Source: a virus
Length of the DNA: 64,000 bases
Reading direction: 5' to 3' (one strand)
IMG/VR virus record: IMGVR_UViG_3300045974_000283
Span: 96,001-160,000 of that record
Shown here: positions 1 through 8,941 of the stretch, piece by piece
Layout: each line of letters begins with the position of its first letter
How positions within the stretch are numbered: position 1 is the stretch's first letter
Notes under the pieces: generated by a model
Told to the model about the DNA's origin: nothing
The model's input: the letters and a program-made list of their open reading frames with translations, nothing else
The model's database searches: none
Translations under genes and position numbers: made by a program

Positions 1-75
1 AAACGCACTTCCGAGCGCACCGTTCCGTGGATCTACACGCAACTCAAGAAGTCCGTTAGCTTCCAACTCTCCTGA
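1..75 (+). CDS. 3' end of a CDS entering the window (KRTSERTVPWIYTQLKKSVSFQLS*)
   Basis: Frame 1 is open from position 1 to TGA at 73-75 and is followed by a UUCG hairpin. Confidence 0.5.
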   Translation, partial: KRTSERTVPWIYTQLKKSVSFQLS

Positions 76-81
76 CCCACC

Positions 82-95
82 GGGGCTTCGGCCCC
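82..95 (+). terminator. GGGGC-TTCG-GCCCC hairpin (terminator or mRNA 3' stabiliser)
   Basis: Perfect 5-bp stem with a cUUCGg tetraloop just after a stop codon. The U-tract is weak. Confidence 0.5.
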
Positions 96-130
96 TTCCT
101 CCACCATCACCTCACCACAGAAAGCGCATC

Positions 131-760
131 ATGCCCAAAGCCACAAAACTCTCCGTCAAGCAGGCCCGCGACCAGGTTGAGTTCGACAAGGAACGCCACC
201 TTCTGAACTCGTGGAGCTACCTCGACATGCGGTCGTTCGTCACGAATCGCTTGCAGGAGCTCTCGCGCTGCAAGATTGCCAAAGACCGGAAGCGCCTCGC
301 TTGGGGGATGACGTTCACCAACAACGCCCCCGACATCGAGATTCACTTTCCGTCCAACGATGGCAACCACCAGTTCCATCTGCTGAGCGACTACAGCGTG
401 ACGCGTGGCCGCATCATCCTGAAGGTTCTCGCCTCTTACGAAACGAGCCCGGCTCTCATCGAGCGCTTGCAATCGACGGCCAACGTCATCTTCGAATCCA
501 AGCGCGCTGCTCGCAGTAAGAAGGTTCTGGTCACCGAGGCCACTTCTCCGCCTGTCGCTCCGCCTGCTTCGGCAGTCCAGGCGACCGAGACCACGACGCC
601 GGACATGATCTCGATGGTTCTGAAGGTCAAAGCGAAAGCGGACCCGGCCTTCCCCAAGGACGCGACTGACCACGAGCAGGACCTGTTCGTCTCCGGCTAC
701 ATCGCGGCTCTTCGTTCTGTCCTCTGCTTCATCCGGTTCGCCAGTAAGGGGGCAGCATGA
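131..760 (+). CDS. hypothetical protein
   Basis: 209-aa ORF with phage-typical codon usage; ATGA overlap with the next gene. Confidence 0.8.
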   Translation: MPKATKLSVKQARDQVEFDKERHLLNSWSYLDMRSFVTNRLQELSRCKIAKDRKRLAWGMTFTNNAPDIEIHFPSNDGNHQFHLLSDYSVTRGRIILKVLASYETSPALIERLQSTANVIFESKRAARSKKVLVTEATSPPVAPPASAVQATETTTPDMISMVLKVKAKADPAFPKDATDHEQDLFVSGYIAALRSVLCFIRFASKGAA

Positions 761-1248
761 AAGCCTTCGACACTCTGAAAGACAACTGGCGGTTCTTGGC
801 GGTCAACCTGACACCGACGGTGACCCTGATTCTGGCGACGCTCTGCACTCATGTTCTCTTCCAGGTTGAGTCGCCCGTTCTGGCTTTTAGCCTTCAGGCT
901 TGGGTCTCGGTCCAGTGGCTACTTCACGGTCTGTCCATGAACAAGGTTCTGTTCTTCATGGATACCCGGCGAGCGCGTCGAAAAGAGACCCTCGAACGCG
1001 AGGTAGATTTCGCCGACATCGTCGAAGGGTTGAACGCGGCGCAAACAGAAATCGCGGTTCTGCTGGACGATCTTCTGCGCCTCACCACAGAGACGGGTGC
1101 TCTGCCCTCGGTTCAGGTCGCTATCGTGAACCGAGATGCCACCAAGCTGATCACAGCCTATCAACGCAAGATCATCGACCTGATCAACTTTGTCAACAAG
1201 AATCCCGACCCCAAGGTCTTCTATCGCTCCAAAGGCAAAGGAAACTGA
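757..1248 (+). CDS. hypothetical membrane protein (two N-terminal hydrophobic segments plus coiled coil)
   Basis: Hydrophobic segments FLAVNLTPTVTLILATLCTHVLF and LAFSLQAWVSVQWLLHGL; translationally coupled to the upstream gene. Confidence 0.75.
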   Translation: MKAFDTLKDNWRFLAVNLTPTVTLILATLCTHVLFQVESPVLAFSLQAWVSVQWLLHGLSMNKVLFFMDTRRARRKETLEREVDFADIVEGLNAAQTEIAVLLDDLLRLTTETGALPSVQVAIVNRDATKLITAYQRKIIDLINFVNKNPDPKVFYRSKGKGN

Positions 1249-1249
1249 A

Positions 1250-1510
1250 ATGCTTGATTGCATCCCCAAGTTCGAGAACACCGAACAGCAAGCCGAATTC
1301 GTGCAGGCCCTCAAGGCTTATCCAATTCCCACCACTGAAGAGTTGAAATCTGCGATGTCGTGGTTGAACACCCTGAGCAAACCCGACCGCTTTGAATTCA
1401 TCGAGTTCTACCGGGGTTTGTATCCAAATCACCACGGCACGGACGCCATCGGCGTTTCCCGCTTTTGGCGTCTGCGGGTTCGCCCCCTGCTCCCACAAAC
1501 CCCAGCCTGA
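1250..1510 (+). CDS. hypothetical protein (86 aa, MLDCIPKF...)
   Basis: ATG at 1250 directly after the upstream stop; start chosen over the longer ORF-track start. Confidence 0.65.
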   Translation: MLDCIPKFENTEQQAEFVQALKAYPIPTTEELKSAMSWLNTLSKPDRFEFIEFYRGLYPNHHGTDAIGVSRFWRLRVRPLLPQTPA

Positions 1511-1518
1511 AAATAAAC

Positions 1519-1548
1519 TGGCAAATACCCTGAATTCTGTGGTAAAAT
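1519..1548 (+). promoter_or_regulatory. candidate sigma70-type promoter (TGGCAA ... TGn-TAAAAT extended -10)
   Basis: AT-rich intergenic DNA; TG at 1540-41 and TAAAAT at 1543-48; flanked by the inverted repeat AATACCCTG (1524-32) / CAGGGTATT (1560-68). Confidence 0.5.
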
Positions 1549-1599
1549 AACTACATGGGCAGGGTATTCTTTCCAACCCATATTTATGGCCCCGCCGCC

Positions 1600-1611
1600 C
1601 GGTTAATAACC
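1600..1611 (+). promoter_or_regulatory. CGGTTAATAACC element (GTTAAT motif, near-palindromic)
   Basis: Identical 12-mer at 2378-2389; lies about 50 bp upstream of ATG 1658. Confidence 0.5.
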
Positions 1612-1657
1612 CGGCAATTTCAGCAACCCGTTTTCATCCACCACCCCGGAGTTTTCC

Positions 1658-2362
1658 ATGGCATCCATCAAGCCCGTTCCCGCCAAAACCGCCAAGCCTG
1701 CTGCGAAAGTCGCAGCCAAGACGGCTGTGCCAGCTCCCGCTGTGAAGCGCGGATTCCCCGGTCGCAAGACTGCCGATGGCGAAGCGGTTCCCAAGAAGCC
1801 GCTGACCAAGGCCGAAGCCAAGGAGAAGGCCGAAGCGGCCGCTGCTCGCGTCGCTCTCGTCACGCATCAGGCACCGGACGGCTTCAAGTCCTGCACGTTC
1901 GATCTCAAGTTCCGCACCCTGCACGACGGCACCATTGACCCGCAAGTCAAGTGCGAGGCCATCTCGGGCAAGTGGGACAACCCCGAAGCGCGTCGCGTCG
2001 ACATGTCGTTGTACGACACCCAGACCATCATCGGCATTGTGTCACGTCTGTCGGCGATCATGTATTCGACGAACGCCACGCGCCGCCTCCCCGCTGACGC
2101 TGCATTCTCGATCATCGGTCGTTCGGGTGCGAACGGCGAAGGCAACCTCGTCTTCTCATTCCGTCAGGTCGCTCGCGGCAAGGCCACCAAAACGGGCATC
2201 ACGTGGGTTCCCTACACCGACAAGGCTGATCCGCTCTATCGAAAGTTCCGCCGTGCAACGCGATTGCTTCGCGGCGCGTTCGTGGACGCCAAGCCGATGC
2301 CTTCCATCACGGAAATGAAAGCGATGGCGAAAGCCAAGCTCGGCAAGGACGAATCGCTGTAA
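1658..2362 (+). CDS. hypothetical protein with Lys/Ala/Pro-rich (histone H1-like) N-terminus
   Basis: N-terminus MASIKPVPAKTAKPAAKVAAKTAVPAPAVK followed by a globular region. Confidence 0.85.
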   Translation: MASIKPVPAKTAKPAAKVAAKTAVPAPAVKRGFPGRKTADGEAVPKKPLTKAEAKEKAEAAAARVALVTHQAPDGFKSCTFDLKFRTLHDGTIDPQVKCEAISGKWDNPEARRVDMSLYDTQTIIGIVSRLSAIMYSTNATRRLPADAAFSIIGRSGANGEGNLVFSFRQVARGKATKTGITWVPYTDKADPLYRKFRRATRLLRGAFVDAKPMPSITEMKAMAKAKLGKDESL

Positions 2363-2377
2363 AACGAATTGAAGGTG

Positions 2378-2390
2378 CGGTTAATAACCG
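2378..2390 (+). promoter_or_regulatory. CGGTTA-A-TAACCG perfect inverted repeat containing the GTTAAT motif
   Basis: Seen directly; intergenic, upstream of ATG 2473. Confidence 0.5.
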
Positions 2391-2472
2391 TGTCACAATC
2401 GCAGCGTCAGCATAAGGGTCAACGCTGTGCATCCCATCCAAATCCCTTGCATCAACTACCTCGAGGTTTTCC

Positions 2473-3234
2473 ATGTTCAAACTCACCATTGTGGCCCTCT
2501 CGGCCCTGCGCGTCATCGCCGCTGCTCCCCAGCGTCTGCCCGGCAAAGGCAATGACCTCCGCGACGTCGGCGGTCAGCTCATTTCGGTCGACGACATCGT
2601 CGGCGTGGACAGCGACGGCAACACGCTCGTCGGTGGCGTCGCTTCGCTCAGCTACCTGTGCGAAAGCGTTTCCAAGATCGAAGGCGTCTACCAAGTCGAA
2701 CTCGCCGACGGCGGCAAGGCCAGCTTCAAGGAAGTCCCCGGCGTGAAGATCAGCGTCGAGACGGTCGAAGAGGCTGAGGAAGAAGTCGAGCCCGAGCCAG
2801 AACCCGCTCCGGTGCGCGGCAAGAAGCGCAAGCCTGCGCCGGAACCCGAGCCGGAAGAAGACCCGGACTTCGAGGACGACCTCGAAGAAGAACCCGCTCC
2901 GGTGCGCGGCAAGAAGCGCAAGCCTGCTCCCGAGCCGGAACCCGAGCTCGACGATGACCTCGAAGCCGATCCGGAAGACGACGACGGTGAAGGCAACGAT
3001 GACCTCGACGCCGAGGAAGACCTCGAAGAGGAAGAGCCCGCTCCGGTGCGCGGCAAGAAGCCCAAGGCCAAGACGGCTGTCTTTGACGAGGAACTGGACG
3101 ACGGCGAAGGCGACGATGACCTCGAAGAGGAACCCGCTCCTGTCCGTCGCGGTGCCAAGCCTGCTCCGGCTCCGGTTCGCGCTGCCAAGCCCGCTGCGAA
3201 GCCCGCTGGCAAAGCATCCCGCTTCGACTTCTGA
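2473..3234 (+). CDS. hypothetical protein: N-terminal globular domain plus acidic/basic repeat tail
   Basis: RBS GAGG upstream; EPAPVRGKK(R)K units alternate with D/E tracts; ends RFDF. Confidence 0.85.
   Translation: MFKLTIVALSALRVIAAAPQRLPGKGNDLRDVGGQLISVDDIVGVDSDGNTLVGGVASLSYLCESVSKIEGVYQVELADGGKASFKEVPGVKISVETVEEAEEEVEPEPEPAPVRGKKRKPAPEPEPEEDPDFEDDLEEEPAPVRGKKRKPAPEPEPELDDDLEADPEDDDGEGNDDLDAEEDLEEEEPAPVRGKKPKAKTAVFDEELDDGEGDDDLEEEPAPVRRGAKPAPAPVRAAKPAAKPAGKASRFDF
2800..3160 (+). repeat. coding tandem repeat, four degenerate copies of (a)acccgctccggtgcgcggcaagaagc...
   Basis: Copies at about 2801, 2891, 3035 and 3132; the first two are 90 bp apart and in frame. Confidence 0.85.
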
Positions 3235-3254
3235 TCGGCATCACGGCGGCTAGT

Positions 3255-3270
3255 GAGGGCTTCGGCCCTC
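3255..3270 (+). terminator. GAGGGC-TTCG-GCCCTC hairpin
   Basis: Perfect stem with UUCG loop 20 bp after a stop codon. Confidence 0.55.
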
Positions 3271-3303
3271 GCTCAACATCACCCATCCTTTGGAAGTTTT
3301 CTC

Positions 3304-3828
3304 ATGACCCCAAGTACCCAATCCGGCGATGCCGGTTCCAGCACCATCCTGCAGGCGGCGTCCGCCACGCTCGCCGCCTCGCTCGATGAAGTCCAATCCG
3401 ATCTCGAAGCCGACTCCGACGAGACTGACGAAGACGGCTCAGGCGAGCACACCACCGAGACCGTCAGTCTGACCTTCCCAACGGCGGTCACGCCTCCGAT
3501 GTCGTTCCTGGAAACGGGCGAACTTCACGAGCCGTGGTCCATCGCTTTCTACAGCCCGACGTGCTTGATCTGCACGGGCGTCAACCCGCTCGGCACCAAA
3601 CCCGTGGAACGCATGAAGTGCCGCCCCGAGAAGAACAAGCTCTGCCCGTCCGGTCAGGTCATGTTCGAGTTCACGGGCGCACGGCGGCTGGCTCTCAGCC
3701 GTCTGCAGAATGCCAAGGAAAGCAAGGACGCCATCGCCGTCATGGCGGAAGTCCAAGCCATCATGGGCAACGAGCGGCTCACCGAGGCCGACCGCAACTC
3801 CATCCTTTCCACCTGCGGGATCATCTGA
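3304..3828 (+). CDS. hypothetical protein, acidic N-terminus and Cys cluster (CxxC...C...C)
   Basis: ATG 3304 lies downstream of the hairpin; TCLICTG...KCRPEKNKLCP may bind metal. Confidence 0.75.
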   Translation: MTPSTQSGDAGSSTILQAASATLAASLDEVQSDLEADSDETDEDGSGEHTTETVSLTFPTAVTPPMSFLETGELHEPWSIAFYSPTCLICTGVNPLGTKPVERMKCRPEKNKLCPSGQVMFEFTGARRLALSRLQNAKESKDAIAVMAEVQAIMGNERLTEADRNSILSTCGII

Positions 3829-3907
3829 TCCAGTGAACCTTCTGCCCGAGGCACCCGTTATGAGCGGGGCTCGGGCAATTTCATTTCCGCATCAACCAGG
3901 AACTATT

Positions 3908-4768
3908 GTGGCAACAAAGATTGAACTCGTTCGTGTGAATGGCGTCTGCTACCCGATGTCCTCTGCTGACATCGAAAGCCTCTCCGCCGCTGGATACCCT
4001 ATGTGCCGCATCTCGCAGACGGCGCTCGACGCCATCCGCGCGATGTTCAAGAAGTCCGATCTGGAGTTCGAGGTCTACCCTTGGGAAGACACCCACCCGG
4101 AACTCATCCGGCACTTCATATCCATGTGCGATCAGGACTTTGATCTCGCTGGCAAGGTCACCCTCGACCCAGCCTACGATCCGGTCAAGCCTTCGTTCCG
4201 CGTTTTTGTGCAGGAACAGGAACACGTTGAACCCGACACCCCCTCGATTGAAGAAATCGCCCGCACCCGCCTCGCTCGCAAAACCCAGAAGCACCCGATC
4301 CAGGTTCAAGACCTGAGCAAGGCCATCGCAGCGGCCAAGGCCGAGCAGGAACAACTCGTCGCGTCCAACGCTTTCGAGACCCGTCTCCTGCCTCGCCTTC
4401 AGCGGTACGTCGGTCAATACTGCTTCCGCCTCGTTCACACGAAAGCGTCCAAGCCACACGACGGTGGAACTCTCCATCAAGTCGATTTCCGGTACGAACC
4501 GGACATGCCCAATCACACCTTCTACTCATCCGCACCCGACATCAAGTCCGAAGCCTACCTACAGCTCGGCATGTACTATCGCGTTCGCTTCGAAATGAAG
4601 ACGATGGAAATCGACGGCAAGTTCAAGCGCGTCTTGGGCATCGCCGCTCAAGAGCACATCAATGGTGCATGGCAAGGCCCCATGCTCCCGCGCATGTTCC
4701 CCGTTCGCGACGTTGACCACGCCAGCGCCCGCGAACTCGTTTCCTTCATCATGGGGAATCTGCTGTGA
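3908..4768 (+). CDS. hypothetical protein
   Basis: GTG 3908 preceded by CAGGAA; the upstream ATG 3860 is buried in a TGCCCGAG/CTCGGGCA hairpin; stop overlaps the topoisomerase start. Confidence 0.75.
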   Translation: MATKIELVRVNGVCYPMSSADIESLSAAGYPMCRISQTALDAIRAMFKKSDLEFEVYPWEDTHPELIRHFISMCDQDFDLAGKVTLDPAYDPVKPSFRVFVQEQEHVEPDTPSIEEIARTRLARKTQKHPIQVQDLSKAIAAAKAEQEQLVASNAFETRLLPRLQRYVGQYCFRLVHTKASKPHDGGTLHQVDFRYEPDMPNHTFYSSAPDIKSEAYLQLGMYYRVRFEMKTMEIDGKFKRVLGIAAQEHINGAWQGPMLPRMFPVRDVDHASARELVSFIMGNLL

Positions 4769-7290
4769 CCGCCATCAAGACGTCCGCAAAGGCGTATTCC
4801 GCGGAAGACGTTCAGCATCTGGCTGGCGCCGAGGTCATCCGTTCCAAGCCTGCCATGTATCTCGGCGAGCCCGGCCCGGCCTGCGCGTTCACAGTCGTGC
4901 GCGAAGTTGTGGACAACGTGGTTGACGAGGCCCTCAACGGTCACGCTTCTGCCTGCCTGCTCTACGTCGATACCACCGACAAGACGAAGGCTGTCTACAC
5001 GGTCGCCGACAACGGTCGCGGTATCCCGATCGGCATGTCCACGGTCACCGACGCGGTGTCCGGCACGACCCAGAAGCTGCCTGCGCTTCAGGTCGTCACG
5101 GGTCTGATCCACGGCGGTGCCAAAATGGGTCAAGCCGGAACCGCCTACGAGGTCAGTCGTGGCTCACACGGCGTCGGCATCAAGGGCACGAACTTCACCG
5201 CCAAGACGTTCGAGGTCTGGTCGTGCTTCAACGGGAAGTGGCAGTACATCGCCTATCGCAACGGCAAGCTCGTCGTTCCGGTCAAGGCGACGAATGCGCC
5301 TACCCTGCCGCACACCGCCAAGCCCGCAACCCGTGGCACCGTCGTGAAGTTCTCTCCGGACCCGGCCATCATCGGTGCGGATCGGTTCCCCCTCGTGATG
5401 TTCGAAGAGTGGGCGTCTGTCGCTGCCTACTTCACGGACGGCCTGACTGTGACCATCACCGGCAAGGGTATCGAGCGCAAAGACTGGAACTTTCCTGAAG
5501 GCCCGGCCACGTTCGTGTCGACCCGTGTCGGCGAACTGCAATCTGAGCTGATCGACAGCAAGATGCTGACGGTGCGTAACGCGCTCTGCGATGTCGTGCT
5601 CGGTTTCTCGAACTACGACGGCTGCGACTTTGCTGCCTTCACGAACGGCCTGCGCAACCCGGACAAGGGCGTCCACTTCGACGGGGTCTTTGGCTCGCTG
5701 ATGAAAGCCATCACGCCGTTCATCACTGCCCGCCAAAAGTTCGGACTGGCGGAGCTGAAGGAAGGCGTCGTGGGTCTGGTCAACGTCAAGCTGTCTGCCC
5801 CCAAGTTCTCCAGCCAGACCAAGGACAAGCTCGTCGATGAACGCGCTGGCAAGCCGCTGCGCGACCTGCTTGAGGTTGAGTTCGCTGCGTTCTTTGCTGC
5901 GAACAAGGCGATGGCCTCGCGCATCACAGCCAGATGCTCGGAGTTGGCAAGCGCCCGCGCAAAGTTCTCGATGACCAAGAAGGCGCTCATGGATGTCAAG
6001 AAGGCCATCAACGGCGCCCTGCCGTTCAAGGCCATGACCGCACCGCACGCCCGACCGGAACAGCGCGAGTTGTATCTGCTCGAGGGGGACTCGGCATCGG
6101 GAATTTGTCGCGAGGCCCGCAATCCCACGTTCCAGGAGGTCCTTCCTCTTCGTGGCAAGCTGAAGAATGCCTCTCGCACCGAAGAGGCCAAGAACCTCGT
6201 GTCGAGTTCCACTGTGCTCGATATCCTCACCATGCTCGGCTTCGATCCATCCAAGCCTGACTACATGGACCATCTGCGAGTCAAGAACAAACTTGTCATC
6301 CTCACTGACCCTGACCCAGACGGCCCGCTCAACGGCTCGGCCACGTTGCAGGTTCTCGTTCACTCGGACAAGAGCTGGCACACAGTCACGATGCGCGAGC
6401 TCCACGAGTCTCTGCTCTGGCAGGAACTTTCCTACTCGGTGGTGGCCTGGGATCACATCCACCAGAAGTTCGTTCTGGCCCCGGTCTCTGGCACGAATGC
6501 CGTTGACCTGAAGCCGACCGACGATGTCTGCCAAATCGACTTTGGAACCGCTCGGTACTGGACCACACCGAAGCATCGCTGGGTCGCAGCCCGCACTGAG
6601 ATTGCCCCCGTTCGCAACGTGAACTACGAAGGCCAGACTCCACACGAAGGTCAGCTTCAGTTCGTCACTTCCGACAACCTGAAGACTGGTCTCGGTGTTC
6701 TCGCCGCTCGTGAAGTTGGCCGGTACGGTCGCAAGGTGGAGCTGTTCCAACCCAATCACTTGCAGACCCTGTTGATTCCCAACTCCTACGGCACCGAACC
6801 AGACCTCGTGCGCAAGTTCAAGGTGCAGAAGGTTGGCGAACGCAACGACCTGAAGCGGCTCTACTGCCTACAGGTGCCGAAGTATCACAACTTCGTTCTG
6901 TCTTCTGGCGTCGTCTCCGGGAATAGTCACATCAGCACGTTGATCCTCAGCCTCATCTACAAGTTGATGCCTGAGATGTTCGCCAAGAAGATGGTCTATC
7001 AGTGCATCGCGCCGGAGTTCTACGCGATGGTCGGCAAGAAGGCGTTCTACGGCATGAAGGTCGGCGATCTGCGCACCAATCTGGCCGAGGCCGGAGCATC
7101 GCCCAAAACCGCCCTTCACCACATCAAGGGATACGGCGAGCTTCCGGCCAAGCAAGTCGAGGAGGTCGCGTTCAACCCGGCAACGCGCCGCATCATGCGC
7201 ATCGAGATCGTCAACACGGATTCCGGCGTTGAGTTCTTGAGGTTAATGGGCAAGGAAGTCTCGGCCCGCAAACTCCTCCTGGGAATCTGA
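4765..7290 (+). CDS. gyrB: type IIA DNA topoisomerase ATPase/Toprim subunit (GyrB/ParE family), intein-containing
   Basis: GHKL motifs REVVDNVVDE, ADNGRGIP, HGGAK, GSHGVG; Toprim motifs EGDSA, PLRGK and TDPDPDG|SHI, the last split by an intein. Confidence 0.95.
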   Translation: MTAIKTSAKAYSAEDVQHLAGAEVIRSKPAMYLGEPGPACAFTVVREVVDNVVDEALNGHASACLLYVDTTDKTKAVYTVADNGRGIPIGMSTVTDAVSGTTQKLPALQVVTGLIHGGAKMGQAGTAYEVSRGSHGVGIKGTNFTAKTFEVWSCFNGKWQYIAYRNGKLVVPVKATNAPTLPHTAKPATRGTVVKFSPDPAIIGADRFPLVMFEEWASVAAYFTDGLTVTITGKGIERKDWNFPEGPATFVSTRVGELQSELIDSKMLTVRNALCDVVLGFSNYDGCDFAAFTNGLRNPDKGVHFDGVFGSLMKAITPFITARQKFGLAELKEGVVGLVNVKLSAPKFSSQTKDKLVDERAGKPLRDLLEVEFAAFFAANKAMASRITARCSELASARAKFSMTKKALMDVKKAINGALPFKAMTAPHARPEQRELYLLEGDSASGICREARNPTFQEVLPLRGKLKNASRTEEAKNLVSSSTVLDILTMLGFDPSKPDYMDHLRVKNKLVILTDPDPDGPLNGSATLQVLVHSDKSWHTVTMRELHESLLWQELSYSVVAWDHIHQKFVLAPVSGTNAVDLKPTDDVCQIDFGTARYWTTPKHRWVAARTEIAPVRNVNYEGQTPHEGQLQFVTSDNLKTGLGVLAAREVGRYGRKVELFQPNHLQTLLIPNSYGTEPDLVRKFKVQKVGERNDLKRLYCLQVPKYHNFVLSSGVVSGNSHISTLILSLIYKLMPEMFAKKMVYQCIAPEFYAMVGKKAFYGMKVGDLRTNLAEAGASPKTALHHIKGYGELPAKQVEEVAFNPATRRIMRIEIVNTDSGVEFLRLMGKEVSARKLLLGI
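6325..6924 (+). mobile_element. mini-intein (200 aa, Pro1...Asn200), class-3-like, no homing endonuclease
   Basis: Interrupts DPDG|SHI. Block A PLNGSATL, block B TPKHRW, block F LYCLQVPKYHNFVL, block G GVVSGN followed by Ser+1. Confidence 0.9.
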
Positions 7291-7294
7291 CATC

Positions 7295-8941
7295 ATGGCT
7301 ACTCGTCCCGCTCCTCGTCCGGTCCGCCGGACGCAATCAACACCGACATCAGGCCGTCCGGCCGTCAAGCCCACCGAGCGCGTCGCTCGCCGCCGAACTG
7401 CCATCTCGGCTCACGAGGCTGAGATGAGCGAACGGCTGGAAGGCGTCCAGGACTTGCTGGAGTTTGCCAACGACGCCATCCTGCGCTACGGCACCAAGAC
7501 GAACGAAGACCGGGCCATCCCGGCCTATCAGGACGGATGCAAGCCTGTCCAGCGCCGTGCCATCTACGCGGCCCGCCGGGTCGTCAACACAAGGCAAGGC
7601 AAGACGGCTCGCTTGGTCGGTGAGGTCATCGGTACTCTGCACCCGCACGGCGACGCTTCTATCTCTGACGCCATCTCGACGATGGTCACTTCCGAGGTTC
7701 CGTGCTTCGAGGGGTTCGGGAATTGGGGCTCGCTCCTCGACCCGCCCGCTGCCATCCGGTACACTGAGCTGAAGCTCAGTGTCTACGGCCATCAGTTCCT
7801 TCACCCGAACTATCTGCCGGTGATACCGATGGTCCCGAACTACGACGACCAGGACACTGAGCCTGCCTTCCTGCCTGCGCTTCTGCCGAACATCCTGCTC
7901 CAACATGCTTGGGGCATCGGGACCGGTGTGAACACGATTATCCCCGCGTTCACGCCGACGTCGCTTCTCCCGGTCATCATCGACCGCATGAAAGGCAAGG
8001 AGTTCACAGCGGCGGAGCTGGTCAAGCGACTGGAGTTCATGTGGTCATGGGGCGGCAAGGCATCACGCGACAAAGCCAATCTGCAACGCATGGCGGCGCT
8101 GTTCACCGAGACGAACAGTGAGACCATCCACTACGTTCCGCATATCGAAGTGGACGAGGCCAAGCGAACCATCACCATGTTCGGCGCCCCACCGAACCTG
8201 AAGCTGGACACCTTCGTGAAGAAGGTGCAACTGCTGAAGCCAGTGGCTTCGGTGGGCGCCGACAAGAAGGGCGTCGCCTACACCATTCGGGTCAAGCGAG
8301 GCACCTCAGATCAGCTCTGGGCTTTGCTGGTCGCGCGAGTACGCGAACTCGCCAAGTCGAGTGTGTCCTACGCCATCTACGTGGCGAAGCGCACCCCTGT
8401 CGAGGAGACCAAGTTCAAGACGACCTTCCACCGGTTCTCGGTCATCGAACTCATCAACGCCTGGATCGAGTTCCGCCTCGTGCTCGAAGTGCGCTCGCTC
8501 ATGTACCGCATGGAACGTGTGAAGGCGCAAGTGACCAGGCTCAAGCTGATGATGCTCGCAGCTGACAACCTGACCAAGGTTTTTGCTGCGCTCAAGTCGA
8601 AGGACCCTGACACTCATCTGGTCGCCAGCATGAAGATCACGCTCGAAGAGGCAGGCATCATCTTGGGGATGCGTGTCCGTCAGCTGTCAACCCTCGACCG
8701 CAACAAGTGCGCCAAGGCCAAAGACGAACTCGTCGAAGCCTACGCTCAGTTGAAGGCCGCGACCAAGAACCCGGCCCCCGGTGTGATTGCCTATCTGCAA
8801 GCCGCCCTCCAGGCGTTCGAGCAGTCGCAGTACATCATCACGAACTGCGATCAGTGGCGTCTCAAGTCCAGCGCAGCAATGAACAAGGTTCTGTCGTTCG
8901 CCGACGGCACCGACCAAACCGAAGGAGAGCAAGATGACTGA
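7295..8941 (+). CDS. gyrA: type IIA DNA topoisomerase cleavage subunit (GyrA/ParC family), lacking the C-terminal beta-pinwheel
   Basis: RAIPAYQDGCKPVQRR, KTARLVGEVIG-LHPHGD, catalytic AAIRYTE, PNYD, PALLPNILL; 548 aa. Confidence 0.93.
   Translation: MATRPAPRPVRRTQSTPTSGRPAVKPTERVARRRTAISAHEAEMSERLEGVQDLLEFANDAILRYGTKTNEDRAIPAYQDGCKPVQRRAIYAARRVVNTRQGKTARLVGEVIGTLHPHGDASISDAISTMVTSEVPCFEGFGNWGSLLDPPAAIRYTELKLSVYGHQFLHPNYLPVIPMVPNYDDQDTEPAFLPALLPNILLQHAWGIGTGVNTIIPAFTPTSLLPVIIDRMKGKEFTAAELVKRLEFMWSWGGKASRDKANLQRMAALFTETNSETIHYVPHIEVDEAKRTITMFGAPPNLKLDTFVKKVQLLKPVASVGADKKGVAYTIRVKRGTSDQLWALLVARVRELAKSSVSYAIYVAKRTPVEETKFKTTFHRFSVIELINAWIEFRLVLEVRSLMYRMERVKAQVTRLKLMMLAADNLTKVFAALKSKDPDTHLVASMKITLEEAGIILGMRVRQLSTLDRNKCAKAKDELVEAYAQLKAATKNPAPGVIAYLQAALQAFEQSQYIITNCDQWRLKSSAAMNKVLSFADGTDQTEGEQDD

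Noticed and set aside
2800-3160. Direct repeats as a possible CRISPR array
   Set aside because: The repeats are in-frame coding units with a variable 90-144 bp period, degenerate and without unique spacers.
6325-6924. Homing endonuclease within the intein
   Set aside because: Only 200 aa, with no LAGLIDADG or HNH motifs between blocks B and F.
4765-8941. Calling the enzyme a true DNA gyrase
   Set aside because: The A subunit lacks the C-terminal pinwheel and GyrA-box needed for supercoiling; the gene symbols indicate family only.
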